A stretch of DNA of 64,000 nucleotides from Eledone cirrhosa (Eukaryota). Under the pieces are notes generated by a model that saw nothing but the letters and a program-made list of their open reading frames with translations, made no database searches and was not told where the DNA came from. A program made the translations under genes and the position numbers. Below, piece after piece: positions 41,368 to 53,300 of the stretch (position 1 is its first letter; each line of letters begins with the position of its first letter). Location: NCBI GenBank assembly GCA_964016885.1, contig OZ024748.1, positions 38,502,001 through 38,566,000 on the forward strand, read 5' to 3'.

Positions 41368-42098
41368 TCCAGTCTAATGACAAACCAGTAAAAGAAGGCA
41401 GTGCCCCAGCATGGCCACAGTCTAATGACTGAAACCAGTAAAAGAAGGCAGTGCCCCAGCATAGCCACAGTCTAATGACAGAAGACAGTAAAAGAAGGCA
41501 GTGCCCCAGCATGGCCACAGTCTAAAGACTGAAACCAGTAAAAGAAGGCAGTGCCCCAGCATGGCCACAGTCTAATGACAGAAGACAGTAAAAGAAGGCA
41601 GTGCCCCAGCATGGCCACAGTCTAATGACAGAAGACAGTAAAAGAAAGCAGTGCCCCAGCATGGCCACAGTCTAATGACAGAAGACAGTAAAAGAAGGCA
41701 GTGCCCCAGCATGGCCATAGTCTAAAGACTGAAACGAGTAAAAGAAAGCAGTGCCCCAGCATGGCCACAGTCTAATGACAGAAGACAGTAAAAGAAAGCA
41801 GTGCCCCAGCATGGCCACAGTCTAATGACAGAAGACAGTAAGAGAAGGCAGTGCCCCAGCATGGCCACAGTCTAATGACTGAAACCAGTAAAAGAAGGCA
41901 GTGCCCCAGCATGGCCACAGTCTAATGACAGAAGACAGTAAGAGAAGGCAGTGCCCCAGCATGGCCACAGTCTAATGACAGAAAGCAGTGCCCCAGCATG
42001 GCCACAGTCTAATGACAGAAGGCAGTGCCCCAGCATGGCCACAGTCTAATGACTGAAACCAGTAAAAGAAGGCAGTGCCCCAGCATGGCCACAGTCTG
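41368..42098. repeat. 50-bp minisatellite (about 14 copies)
   Basis: AAAGAAGGCAGTGCCCCAGCATGGCCACAGTCTAATGACAGAAGACAGTA. Confidence 0.95.
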
Positions 42099-42166
42099 AA
42101 ACTATTATAAGGATATCTTAATTTTTTTTTTTCCCCCATAGAAATTCAAGTTGTTCCTATTTTTAG

Positions 42167-42224
42167 GTGATTAATCCCGACACTGAGGAACCAGAGAAGA
42201 AAACTGAGGGGAATGAAGAAAACG
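42167..42224 (+). CDS. HELLS: HELLS exon (VINPDTEEPEKK...)
   Basis: TTTTTAG| ... |GTAAGA; phase 0 to 1. Confidence 0.7.
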
Positions 42225-42267
42225 GTAAGAATTGTTGGTGTTGTTTATTTTATAAGTTTTGTCTGAG

Positions 42268-42480
42268 GAGGGATAGAGCCCTTAATATCTGCTGGTTTAT
42301 CCTGACTATGTCTGATGTCTAGACTGATCATATAGGAAGGGACAGAGCCCTTAACATCTGGTGGTTCTTCCAGACTAATCATATAGGAAAGGACAGAGCC
42401 CTTGACATCTGGTGGTTCTTCCAGACTGAACATATAAGAAGGGACAGAGCCCTTGACATCAGGTTCTTCCAGACTAATCA
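42268..42480. repeat. About 51-bp tandem repeat, 4 copies
   Basis: GGACAGAGCCCTT(G/A)ACATCTGGTGGTTCTTCCAGACT repeated. Confidence 0.8.
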
Positions 42481-42701
42481 AATTCTTGATTATATTCAAA
42501 ATTATTTGAAAATCCTAGGCAATATTTTTCATCAGAGTTATGGTAACAAAAGGGATTAAATGAACGTGACCCAACACTATTCCAGCAACTGGATTTGTTC
42601 CCAATGAAGGGCCAACCTTTAGTCTAATAACAACTGTCTTTATCAATCAGTGTACTCACATAATATTGAATGTACCAACTTTTATGATCTTCTGTTTCTA
42701 G

Positions 42702-42751
42702 GTACTACCTCAACAAAGAAGAGACAAGCTGGCAGTCCACAGCAGAATCAA
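42702..42751 (+). CDS. HELLS: HELLS exon (GTTSTKKRQAGSPQQNQ; NLS-like)
   Basis: TTTCTAG| ... |GTGAGT; phase 1 to 0. Confidence 0.72.
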
Positions 42752-43100
42752 GTGAGTGTAACTTTTAGGGTTTTCTTTTCTTTCCCTAAGAGGCACATTT
42801 CACTTAGCACCACCCACTCCCCAAATATGTTGTTATTACATCCACTCCCCAAATATGTCGTTATTACACCCCCACCCATTTCTTAGAGTTTAACATTAGT
42901 GTAGACAAACTCACACCCCTGGGTCTTCTCCCGGGTTATATTCCTGTGGGTCTACCCCCACCTGTAGGTTTATTTTACTCCTGGGTCTTCTCTTCCCTCA
43001 CATGGTTATATTCCTGTGAGTCTTCCCCCCCTCCGGTTTTTGACTCCTCAATCCCAAATATTTATTTTGTTCATGACTATTTCTTCTCTCTGACATGTAG

Positions 43101-43214
43101 GATGCTAAGAAACTGAAATTATCTAACAGTGAGGAATGTAGCACCAGTGATACTTCCGTTGAACAACTTATTAAAACTGAAGTAGAGACAGATGATACTT
43201 CAAACAATGAGATG
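43101..43214 (+). CDS. HELLS: HELLS exon (DAKKLKLS...NNEM)
   Basis: TGTAG| ... |GTGAGT; 38 codons. Confidence 0.75.
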
Positions 43215-43289
43215 GTGAGTTTACTGTAGAGTTCCTGCCTTATTTCTTACTCATCACAACTTTAGTCTTTGTTAAGTTTTACACTTTGA

Positions 43290-43495
43290 TGTTTCGATTC
43301 TTGAATTTTGCATCTGACATCTTCCACAGATTCTACTATAAGGACTAGATCATCGGCAAAGAAGAGTTCCCATGGAGTGCTAGTCCTTAAACTCATCTAT
43401 TCTGGCCTTGAGAATCTCACCTGTACTTCAATATTCCTCACTCTACTCCTTGCTAAATCCAACCTTGTTGTTGTACCTCTATATATGGTTTCTAT
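43290..43495 (-). mobile_element. Old RTE reverse-transcriptase fragment
   Basis: Minus strand translates TPWELFFADDLVLIVESVEDVRCKIQESK (degenerate YADD region). Confidence 0.7.
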
Positions 43496-43544
43496 GATTG
43501 GATGCCTTTCTTTACAAAAACCACTTTATAACCTGTGGTGGGCA

Positions 43545-43902
43545 AATTTTATCATGACTCCAGCACTACCACATTATAAGGTAGACTGGGTACTTATTGT
43601 TGTGCCACCAGCACTACCACCTTACAGAGTGGACTGGGTGCTTTTTATTGTGGCATCCGCACTACTACCTTGCATAGTAGACTGGGTACTTTTTATCATG
43701 ACACCAACACTACCACCTTACAGAGTGGACTTGGGTACTTTTTATTGTGGCACCTGCACTACTACCTTACATAGTAGACTGGGTACTTTTTATCATGACA
43801 CCAACACTACCACCTTACAGTGTGGACTTGGGTACTTTTTATTGTGGCACCATGACTACCACCTTACATAGTGGACTTGGTGCTTTTTATCATCACTACC
43901 AC
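43545..43902. repeat. About 48-bp diverged minisatellite, SINE-body related
   Basis: GTGGACTGGGTGCTTTTTATTGTGGCACC..CACTACCACCTTACA units. Confidence 0.88.
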
Positions 43903-44022
43903 TTTAAATAATATCCTTTTAACCATCAATTGCCCACCTGTAAAATATAAAACAGGTGAGTAATAAGATTGTCTTAATATTTTTGTTTGTATTTTCACCT
44001 GCTTTCTTCTCTCGTTGGTCAG

Positions 44023-44154
44023 CAATTAAATGAAGAAGACATAGCTTTAGCTGAACGGACATTTAATGGACAATTACTGCCCCTCAACCAGCCAAAACTA
44101 CTTGTTGGTGGTGTCCTTAGACCATATCAAATGGATGGATACTACTGGCTTAAA
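44023..44154 (+). CDS. HELLS: HELLS exon (Q motif: QPKLLVGGVLRPYQMDGYYWLK)
   Basis: SNF2 LRxYQ motif; CAG/GT boundaries; 44 codons. Confidence 0.93.
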
Positions 44155-44312
44155 GTAACTATTTTATATTTTTGATATTATGTGTGTGTGTAAATATATG
44201 TATGTGCATATATATGCCCATATATTTATATATATGTATGTGTGAATATGTAAAAATATATATATCATATATATGTAAATATATATGATATATATATGTA
44301 TGTGTAAATATG

Positions 44313-44368
<56 letters not shown>

Positions 44369-44377
44369 TATCATATA

Positions 44378-45274
44378 CTAGCAGTGGTACCCGGCGTTGC
44401 ACGTGGGCTGCCAATAGACCTAATCGTGGAAAAACTGCATGCTGGACAATATGTAAAGAAAATAAATCGAATACTCTGATGGCAGGATAATCTTTAAGAT
44501 TTTAATCGATGAAGCAGGAAAAATGCAGGTCTTCACCTAATGCGGGCCCTAGGGGATCAAGAAAATGAATTTCTTTTATGTGCATAATATGCCTTGAAAT
44601 TTCTGGAAAATCAGCTAGACGTAACGCCTCAAAAAAGCCCTAAAAAGCTGAAAAAATGAAGTTTTTCACCTAATGCGGGCCCTAGGCCATAAAAAAGTTG
44701 GATTTTCTTTGCTCACGGTATGAAGAAGAGACTGACTAATACATAGTTACAATTTCAAGGAAATCGGTCTGACGTAACGACTAAAAAAAACCCCTAAAAA
44801 CTTGAAAAAACTCAGTTTTTCACCTAATGCAGGCCCTAGGGGGTCAAAAAGTTGAATTATTTTATGTGCATAACACTCCCTGAAACATAAGTAATACACA
44901 TGTAAAGTTTTTAAAAGTCGGTTGGGTATTTCTCGAGTTTTAGGAATTCAAACTCGCAGACACACACAGACATCCTCAGGGAAGTGACGTAATGCAGACA
45001 GCCAGACATACAGACAAATATTATAAGGGTGCGACGTTATATGTATGTATCTATCTAAAAAGAGAAAGACTAAGAATTATAGAGAGAGATAGCTAAATCG
45101 CCTAATGCGGTCCCTAGGGCATTGAAAATTTGAAATTTTTTTGCTCAGAACACTCCCTGAAACATAAGTATTACATGTGTAAAGTTTGAAAACAGTCGGT
45201 TAGGTGTTTCTTGAGTTTTAGGGATTCAAACTCACACACACACAGACAGACATCGTCAGTTTTATATATATAGA
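44378..45274 (-). mobile_element. Non-autonomous Helitron-like element
   Basis: Minus strand starts A|TC and ends CTAG|T, with a GC-rich hairpin-like segment just before the 3' end; no TSD; four internal CCTAATGCGGGCCCTAGG-type repeats. Confidence 0.8.
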
Positions 45275-45355
45275 TATGTAAATATATATCATATGTATGT
45301 ATATATGTATATATATATATATAATTATATGTATGTGTGTATACATAAATATATT

Positions 45356-45632
45356 TAGGGTTTCACATGAGGTTGCTTAGGGTTTCGCGAGAAACAGTTA
45401 TAAATAAGCTAATGTATTTTTGAATAATTTTTGTTTAATCTTCAATTTTATCATAATTTTACTATACACGTACATCATATTGTTGGAAAATGTTTGATAA
45501 TTATGTATAAAGGTTTCCACCTTAGATTAAGAGATAGATAATAATGGTATATAATAATTTTATGTAGGGGTTCCCGAGACATGAAAACTATTTTGTGAGT
45601 TCCACAAGTGTAAAAAGGTTGACAAAACGCTG
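45356..45632. mobile_element. hAT (Charlie-type) fragment
   Basis: Ends AAAAAGGTTGACAAAACGCTG followed by CTCTAGAG, a typical hAT target. Confidence 0.5.
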
Positions 45633-45969
45633 CTCTAGAGCCATACATATGTTTTGAAGTTTTTATAAATACAAAATGTCTTAATTGTTTAACATTTACT
45701 TTACTCTATATATACTATTGTATTTTCACAATAAAGGCTTTACCTCACATAACATTTACATTACTCTATATATACTATTGTATTTTCACAGTAAAGGCTT
45801 TACCTCACATAACATTTACATTACTCTATATATACTATTGTAGTTTCACAGTAACATCCGTATGAGTGGTCAGTTACAGCCGGTTTGAACAGAAAGAGGT
45901 GAGAGAATTCTGGCCATATATGACCGGGTTAACTTTTTGCTTTTTTTTTTTTTTTTCAACTTTTTCCAG

Positions 45970-46152
45970 ATGTTATATGAAAATGGAGTGAATGGTATTC
46001 TGGCTGATGAAATGGGCCTTGGTAAAACCATTCAGTGTATAGCTTTAATATGTCACTTAGTATCAATGGGTGTTTCAGGACCTTATTTAGTCTGTGCACC
46101 CCTTTCTACCCTACCAAATTGGGTTTCTGAATTCAAGCAATTTGCACCTCAG
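45970..46152 (+). CDS. HELLS: HELLS exon (Walker A: [12 protein letters not shown]; APLSTLPNW)
   Basis: SNF2 motifs I and Ia; CAG/GT boundaries; 61 codons. Confidence 0.97.
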
Positions 46153-46244
46153 GTTTGTAATAATTCTTCACCTTTTTTTTGTTTGTTTTTCTTGTGTTCT
46201 GTCCATGTTTAGTGCGTATGTTGTCACTATTGTTGTATATCCAC

Positions 46245-46455
46245 CGATGGTAGATGGTATTGGGTCATCTAGCCACTGATGGTAGATGGTATTGATTCAT
46301 CTAACCACTGATAGTAGATGGTATTGATTCATCTAACCACTGATAGTAGATGGTATTGATTCATCTAACCACTGATGGTAGAGGAGTGGTATTTTGTCAT
46401 TTAATCACTGATGGTAGCTGTTGCTTAGTGACCTAACCATTAATGGTAGATGGTA
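46245..46455. repeat. 30-bp minisatellite
   Basis: CCACTGATGGTAGATGGTATTGATTCATCTAA-type units. Confidence 0.85.
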
Positions 46456-46658
46456 CTTCACAGAATAAACAGAGAGATTTTATTCTGCCTCTGGTACTAC
46501 CACGTTGCAGTGTAGACTGGGTGGTTTCCATAGCAACTGAAAAATATTGGTTAATTTGGAATGGTAAGCAGTGGTATGTTTCATTAGAAATTTGGAATGG
46601 TAAATGGTGGTATGTTTAGAAATATAATAAAGAATATGTTAATCTCTGTTGTCTACAG

Positions 46659-46882
46659 ATTCCAGTAGTTTTATACCATGGTGACCGTGCCACAAGAACA
46701 GCATTACGTAACAAACTCCTCAAAGAGAAGAAACTAGATGAAAACACTTATATTCTACCTGTCGTTGTTACATCATACCAAATTATTATGAATGACCGTA
46801 AACTGTTGATGCACATAAACTGGAAGTATTTGATAATTGACGAGGGACAACGGATTAAAAACACACACTGCCGTCTTATCAG
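46659..46882 (+). CDS. HELLS: HELLS exon (YHG, VVVTSY, Walker B IIDEGQRIKN)
   Basis: SNF2 motifs Ib and II; phase 0 to 2. Confidence 0.96.
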
Positions 46883-47144
46883 GTATGTCACACACTGTCT
46901 TATCAGGTTTGTCACACAGTCTTATCAGGTTTGTCACACACTGTCTTATCAGGTATGTCACACACTTGGCAGTTTTATTTCTCCTGTTTTCACACTTACA
47001 GTACCTCTGTCACACCCATGGTACACCCCACATACACCCAAACTACTCCCCTCACATACATATATACACACCCTCTCACTACTCCACACACCCACTACTA
47101 ATGTCCATGTAAATATTAGAGTTATTGTAATTGATTTACAATAA

Positions 47145-47291
<147 letters not shown>

Positions 47292-47364
47292 TAGGTCATT
47301 ATTTCTATCTCAGGCCACTCCCTGCCTTACCCATACTCCTTCATAATCAGTCATCTTATAGCAC

Positions 47365-50300
47365 AACCAGTCCACTCAATATATTGCTAGTGCTTATGCT
47401 GGTACCACACTAAAACACCCTGTCCACCCAATATATTGCTAGTGCTGGTACCACAGTGACTAAAACACCCTGTTCACCCAATATATTGCTAGTGCTGATA
47501 CTACAGTGACTAAAACACCCTGTCCACCCAATATATTGCTAGTGCTAGTACTACAGTGACTAAAACACCCTGTCCACCCAATATATTGCTAGTGCTGGTA
47601 CTACAGTGACTAAAACACCCTGTCCACCCAATATATTGCTAGTGCTGGTACTACAGTGACTAAAACACCCTGTCCACCCAATATATTGCTAGTGCTGGTA
47701 CGACAGTGACTAAAACACCCTGTCTACCCAATATATTGCTAGTGCTGGTACTATAGTGACTAAAACACCCTGTCCACTCAATATATTGCTAGTGCTGGTA
47801 CCACAGTGACTAAAACACCCTGTCCACCCAATATATTGCTAGTGCTGGTACCACAGTGACTAAAACACCCTATTCACCCAATGTATTGGTAGTGTTGGTA
47901 CCACAGTGACTAAAACAGCCTGTCCACCCAATATATTGCTAGTGCTGGTACCACAGTGACTAAAACACCGTATTCACCCAATATATTGGTAGTGTTGGTA
48001 CCATAGTGACTAAAACACCCTGTCCACCCAATATATTGCTAGTGTTGGTACCACAGTGACTAAAACACCCTGTCCACCCGATATTTTGCTAGTGTTGGTA
48101 CCACAATGACTAAAACACCCTGTCTACCCAATATATTGCTAGTGTTGGTACCAGAGTGACTAAAACACCCTGTCCACTCAATATATTGCTAGTGTTGGTA
48201 CCACAGTGACTAAAACACCCTGTCTACCCAATATATTGCTAGTGTTGGTACCAGAGTGACTAAAACACCCTGTCCACCCAATATATTGCTAGTGTTGGTA
48301 GCACAGTGACTAAAACACCCTGTCTACCCAATATATTCCTAGTGTGTGTACCACAGTGACTAAAACACTCTGTCTACCCAATATATTCCTAGTGTGTGTA
48401 CCACAGTGACTAAAACACCCTGTCCACCCGATATGTTGCTAGTGTTGGTACCACAGTGACTAAAACACCCTGTCCACCCGATATGTTGCTAGTGTTGGTA
48501 CCACAGTGACTAAAACACCCTGTCCACCCGATATATTGCTAGTGTTGGTACCACAGTGACTAAAACACCCTGTCCACCCAATATATTGCTAGTGTGTGTA
48601 CCACAGTGACTAAAACACCCTGTCCACCCGATATGTTGCTAGTGTTGGTACCACAGTGACTAAAACACCCTGTCCACCCAATATATTGCTAGTGTGTGTA
48701 CCACAGTGACTAAAACACCCTGTCCACCCGATATGTTGCTAGTGTTGGTACCACAGTGACTAAAACACCCTGTCCACCCAATATATTGCTAGTGTTGGTA
48801 CCACAGTGACTAAAACACCCTGTCCACCCAATATATTGCTAGTGTTGGTACCACAGTGACTAAAACACCCTGTCTACCCAATATATTGCTAGTGCTGGTA
48901 CCACAGTGACTAAAACACCCTGTCCACCCGATATGTTGCTAGTGTTGGTACCACAGTGACTAAAACACCCTGTCCACCCGATATGTTGCTAGTGTTGGTA
49001 CCACAGTGACTAAAACACCCTGTCCACCCAATATATTGCTAATGCTGGTACCACAGTGACTAAAACACCCTGTCCACCCAATATATTGCTAGTGTTGGTA
49101 CCACAGTGACTAAAACACCCTGTCCACCCAATACATTGCTAGTACCACAGTGACTAAAACACCCTGTACACCCAATATATTGCTAGTGTTGGTACCACAA
49201 TGACTAAAACACCCTGTCCACCCAATATATTGCTAGTGCTGGTACCACAATGACTAAAACACCTTGTCCACCCAATATATTGCTAGTGTTGGTACCACAA
49301 TGACTAAAACACCCTGTCCACCCAATACATTGCTAGTACCACAGTGACTAAAACACCCTGTCCACCCAATATATTGCTAGTGTTGGTACCACAGTGACTA
49401 AAACACCCTGTCCACCCAATATATTGCTAGTGTTGGTACCACAGTGACTAAAACACGCTGTCCACCCAATATATTGCTAGTGTTGGTACCACAGTGACTA
49501 AAACACCCTGTCCACCCAATATATTGCTAGTGTTGGTACCACAGTGACTAAAACACCCTGTCCACCCAATATATTGCTAGTGTTGGTACCACAATGACTA
49601 AAACACCCTGTCCACCCAATATATTGCTAGTGTTGGTACCACAATGACTAAAACACCCTGTCCACCCAATACATTGCTAGTACCACAGTGACTAAAACAC
49701 CCTGTCCACCCAATATATTGCTAGTGTTGGTACCACAGTGACTAAAACACCCTGTCCACCCAATATATTGCTAGTGTTGGTACCACAGTGACTAAAACAC
49801 CCTGTCCACCCAATATATTGCTAGTGTTGGTACCACAGTGACTAAAACACCCTGTCCACCCAATATATTGCTAGTGTTGGTACCACAATGACTAAAACAC
49901 CCTGTCTACCCAATATGTTGCTAGTGTTGGTACCACAATGACTAAAACACCCTGTCTACCCAATATATTGCTAGTGTTGGTACCACAGTGACTAATACAC
50001 CCTGTACACCCGATATGTTGCTAGTGTTGGTACCACAGTGACTAAAACACCCTGTCCACCCGATATGTTGCTAGTGTTGGTACCACAGTGACTAAAACAC
50101 CCTGTCCACCCGATATATTGCTAGTGTTGGTACCACAGTGACTAAAACACCCTGTCCACCCAATATATTGCTAGTGTTGGTACCACAGTGACTAAAACAC
50201 CCTGTCCACCCGATATGTTGCTAGTGTTGGTACCACAGTGACTAAAACACCCTGTCCACCCGATATGTTGCTAGTGTTGGTACCACAGTGACTAAAACAC

Positions 50301-53300
50301 CCTGTCCACCCGATATGTTGCTAGTGTTGGTACCACAGTGACTAAAACACCCTGTCCACCCGATATGTTGCTAGTGTTGGTACCACAGTGACTAAAACAC
50401 CCTGTCCACCCGATATGTTGCTAGTGTTGGTACCACAGTGACTAAAACACCCTGTCCACCCGATATGTTGCTAGTGTTGGTACCACAGTGACTAAAACAC
50501 CCTGTCCACCCAATATATTGCTAGTGTTGGTACCACAGTGACTAAAACACCCTGTCCACCCAATATATTGCTAGTGTTGGTACCACAGTGACTAAAACAC
50601 CCTGTCCACCCAATATATTGCTAGTGTTGGTACCACAGTGACTAAAACACCCTGTCCACCCAATATATTGCTAGTGTTGGTACCACAATGACTAAAACAC
50701 CCTGTCTACCCAATATGTTGCTAGTGTTGGTACCACAATGACTAAAACACCCTGTCTACCCAATATATTGCTAGTGTTGGTACCACAGTGACTAATACAC
50801 CCTGTACACCCGATATGTTGCTAGTGTTGGTACCACAGTGACTAAAACACCCTGTCCACCCGATATGTTGCTAGTGTTGGTACCACAGTGACTAAAACAC
50901 CCTGTCCACCCGATATATTGCTAGTGTTGGTACCACAGTGACTAAAACACCCTGTCCACCCAATATATTGCTAGTGTTGGTACCACAGTGACTAAAACAC
51001 CCTGTCCACCCGATATGTTGCTAGTGTTGGTACCACAGTGACTAAAACACCCTGTCCACCCGATATGTTGCTAGTGTTGGTACCACAGTGACTAAAACAC
51101 CCTGTCCACCCGATATGTTGCTAGTGTTGGTACCACAGTGACTAAAACACCCTGTCCACCCGATATGTTGCTAGTGTTGGTACCACAGTGACTAAAACAC
51201 CCTGTCCACCCGATATGTTGCTAGTGTTGGTACCACAGTGACTAAAACACCCTGTCCACCCGATATGTTGCTAGTGTTGGTACCACAGTGACTAAAACAC
51301 CCTGTCCACCCAATATATTGCTAATGCTGGTACCACAGTGACTAAAACACCCTGTCCACCCAATATATTGCTAGTGTTGGTACCACAGTGACTAAAACAC
51401 CCTGTCCACCCAATACATTGCTAGTACCACAGTGACTAAAACACCCTGTACACCCAATATATTGCTAGTGTTGGTACCACAATGACTAAAACACCCTGTC
51501 CACCCAATATATTGCTAGTGCTGGTACCACAATGACTAAAACACCCTGTCCACCCAATATATTGCTAGTGTTGGTACCACAATGACTAAAACACCCTGTC
51601 CACCCAATACATTGCTAGTACCACAGTGACTAAAACACCCTGTCCACCCAATATATTGCTAGTGTTGGTACCACAGTGACTAAAACACCCTGTCCACCCA
51701 ATATATTGCTAGTGTTGGTACCACAGTGACTAAAACACGCTGTCCACCCAATATATTGCTAGTGTTGGTACCACAGTGACTAAAACACCCTGTCCACCCA
51801 ATATATTGCTAGTGTTGGTACCACAGTGACTAAAACACCCTGTCCACCCAATATATTGCTAGTGTTGGTACCACAATGACTAAAACACCCTGTCCACCCA
51901 ATATATTGCTAGTGTTGGTACCACAATGACTAAAACACCCTGTCCACCCAATACATTGCTAGTACCACAGTGACTAAAACACCCTGTCCACCCAATATAT
52001 TGCTAGTGTTGGTACCACAGTGACTAAAACACCCTGTCCACCCAATATATTGCTAGTGTTGGTACCACAGTGACTAAAACACCCTGTCCACCCAATATAT
52101 TGCTAGTGTTGGTACCACAGTGACTAAAACACCCTGTCCACCCAATATATTGCTAGTGTTGGTACCACAATGACTAAAACACCCTGTCTACCCAATATGT
52201 TGCTAGTGTTGGTACCACAATGACTAAAACACCCTGTCTACCCAATATATTGCTAGTGTTGGTACCACAGTGACTAATACACCCTGTACACCCAATATAT
52301 TGCTAGTGTTGGTACCACAGTGACTAAAACACCCTGTCCACCCAATATATTGCTAGTGTTGGTACCACAGTGACTAAAACACCCTGTCCACCCAATATAT
52401 TGCTAGTGCTGGTACCACAGTGACTAAAACACCCTGTGCACCCAATATATTGCTAGTGTTGGTACCACAGTGACTAAAACACCCTGTACACCCAATATAT
52501 TGCTAGTGTTGGTACCACAGTGACTAAAACACCCTGTCTACCCAATATATTGCTAGTGTTGGTACCACAGTGACTAAAACACCCTGTCCACCCAATATAT
52601 TGCTAGTGTTGGTACCACAGTGACTAAAACACCCTGTCCACCCAATATATTGCTAGTGTTGGTACCACAGTGACTAAAACACCCTGTCCACCCAATATAT
52701 TGCTAGTGCTGGTACCACAGTGACTAAAACACCCTGTCCACCCAATATATTGCTAGTGTTGGTACCACAGTGACTAAAACACCCTGTACACCCAATATAT
52801 TGCTAGTGTTGGTACCACAGTGACTAAAACACCCTGTCTACCCGATATGTTGCTAGTGTTGGTACCACAGTGACTAAAACACCCTGTCCACCCAATATAT
52901 TGCTAGTGTTGGTACCACAGTGACTAAAACACCCTGTCCACCCAATATATTGCTAGTGTTGGTACCACAGTGACTAAAACACCCTGTCCACCCAATATAT
53001 TGCTAGTGTTGGTACCACAATGACTAAAACACCCTGTCTACCCAATATGTTGCTAGTGTTGGTACCACAGTGACTAAAACACCCTGTCTACCCGATATGT
53101 TGCTAGTGTTGGTACCACAATGACTAAAACACCCTGTCTACCCAATATATTGCTAGTGTTGGTACCACAGTGACTAAAACACCCTGTCCACCCAATATAT
53201 TGCTAGTGTTGGTACCACAGTGACTAAAACACCCTGTCCACCCAATATATTGCTAGTGTTGGTACCACAGTGACTAAAACACCCTGTCTACCCGATATGT

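Noticed and set aside
42490-42540. Minus-strand CTGATGA followed by a short stem
   Set aside because: No GAAA at the required position and no stem I or III
43308-43871. 187-aa plus-strand ORF
   Set aside because: Antisense RTE remnant joined to a minisatellite inside a HELLS intron
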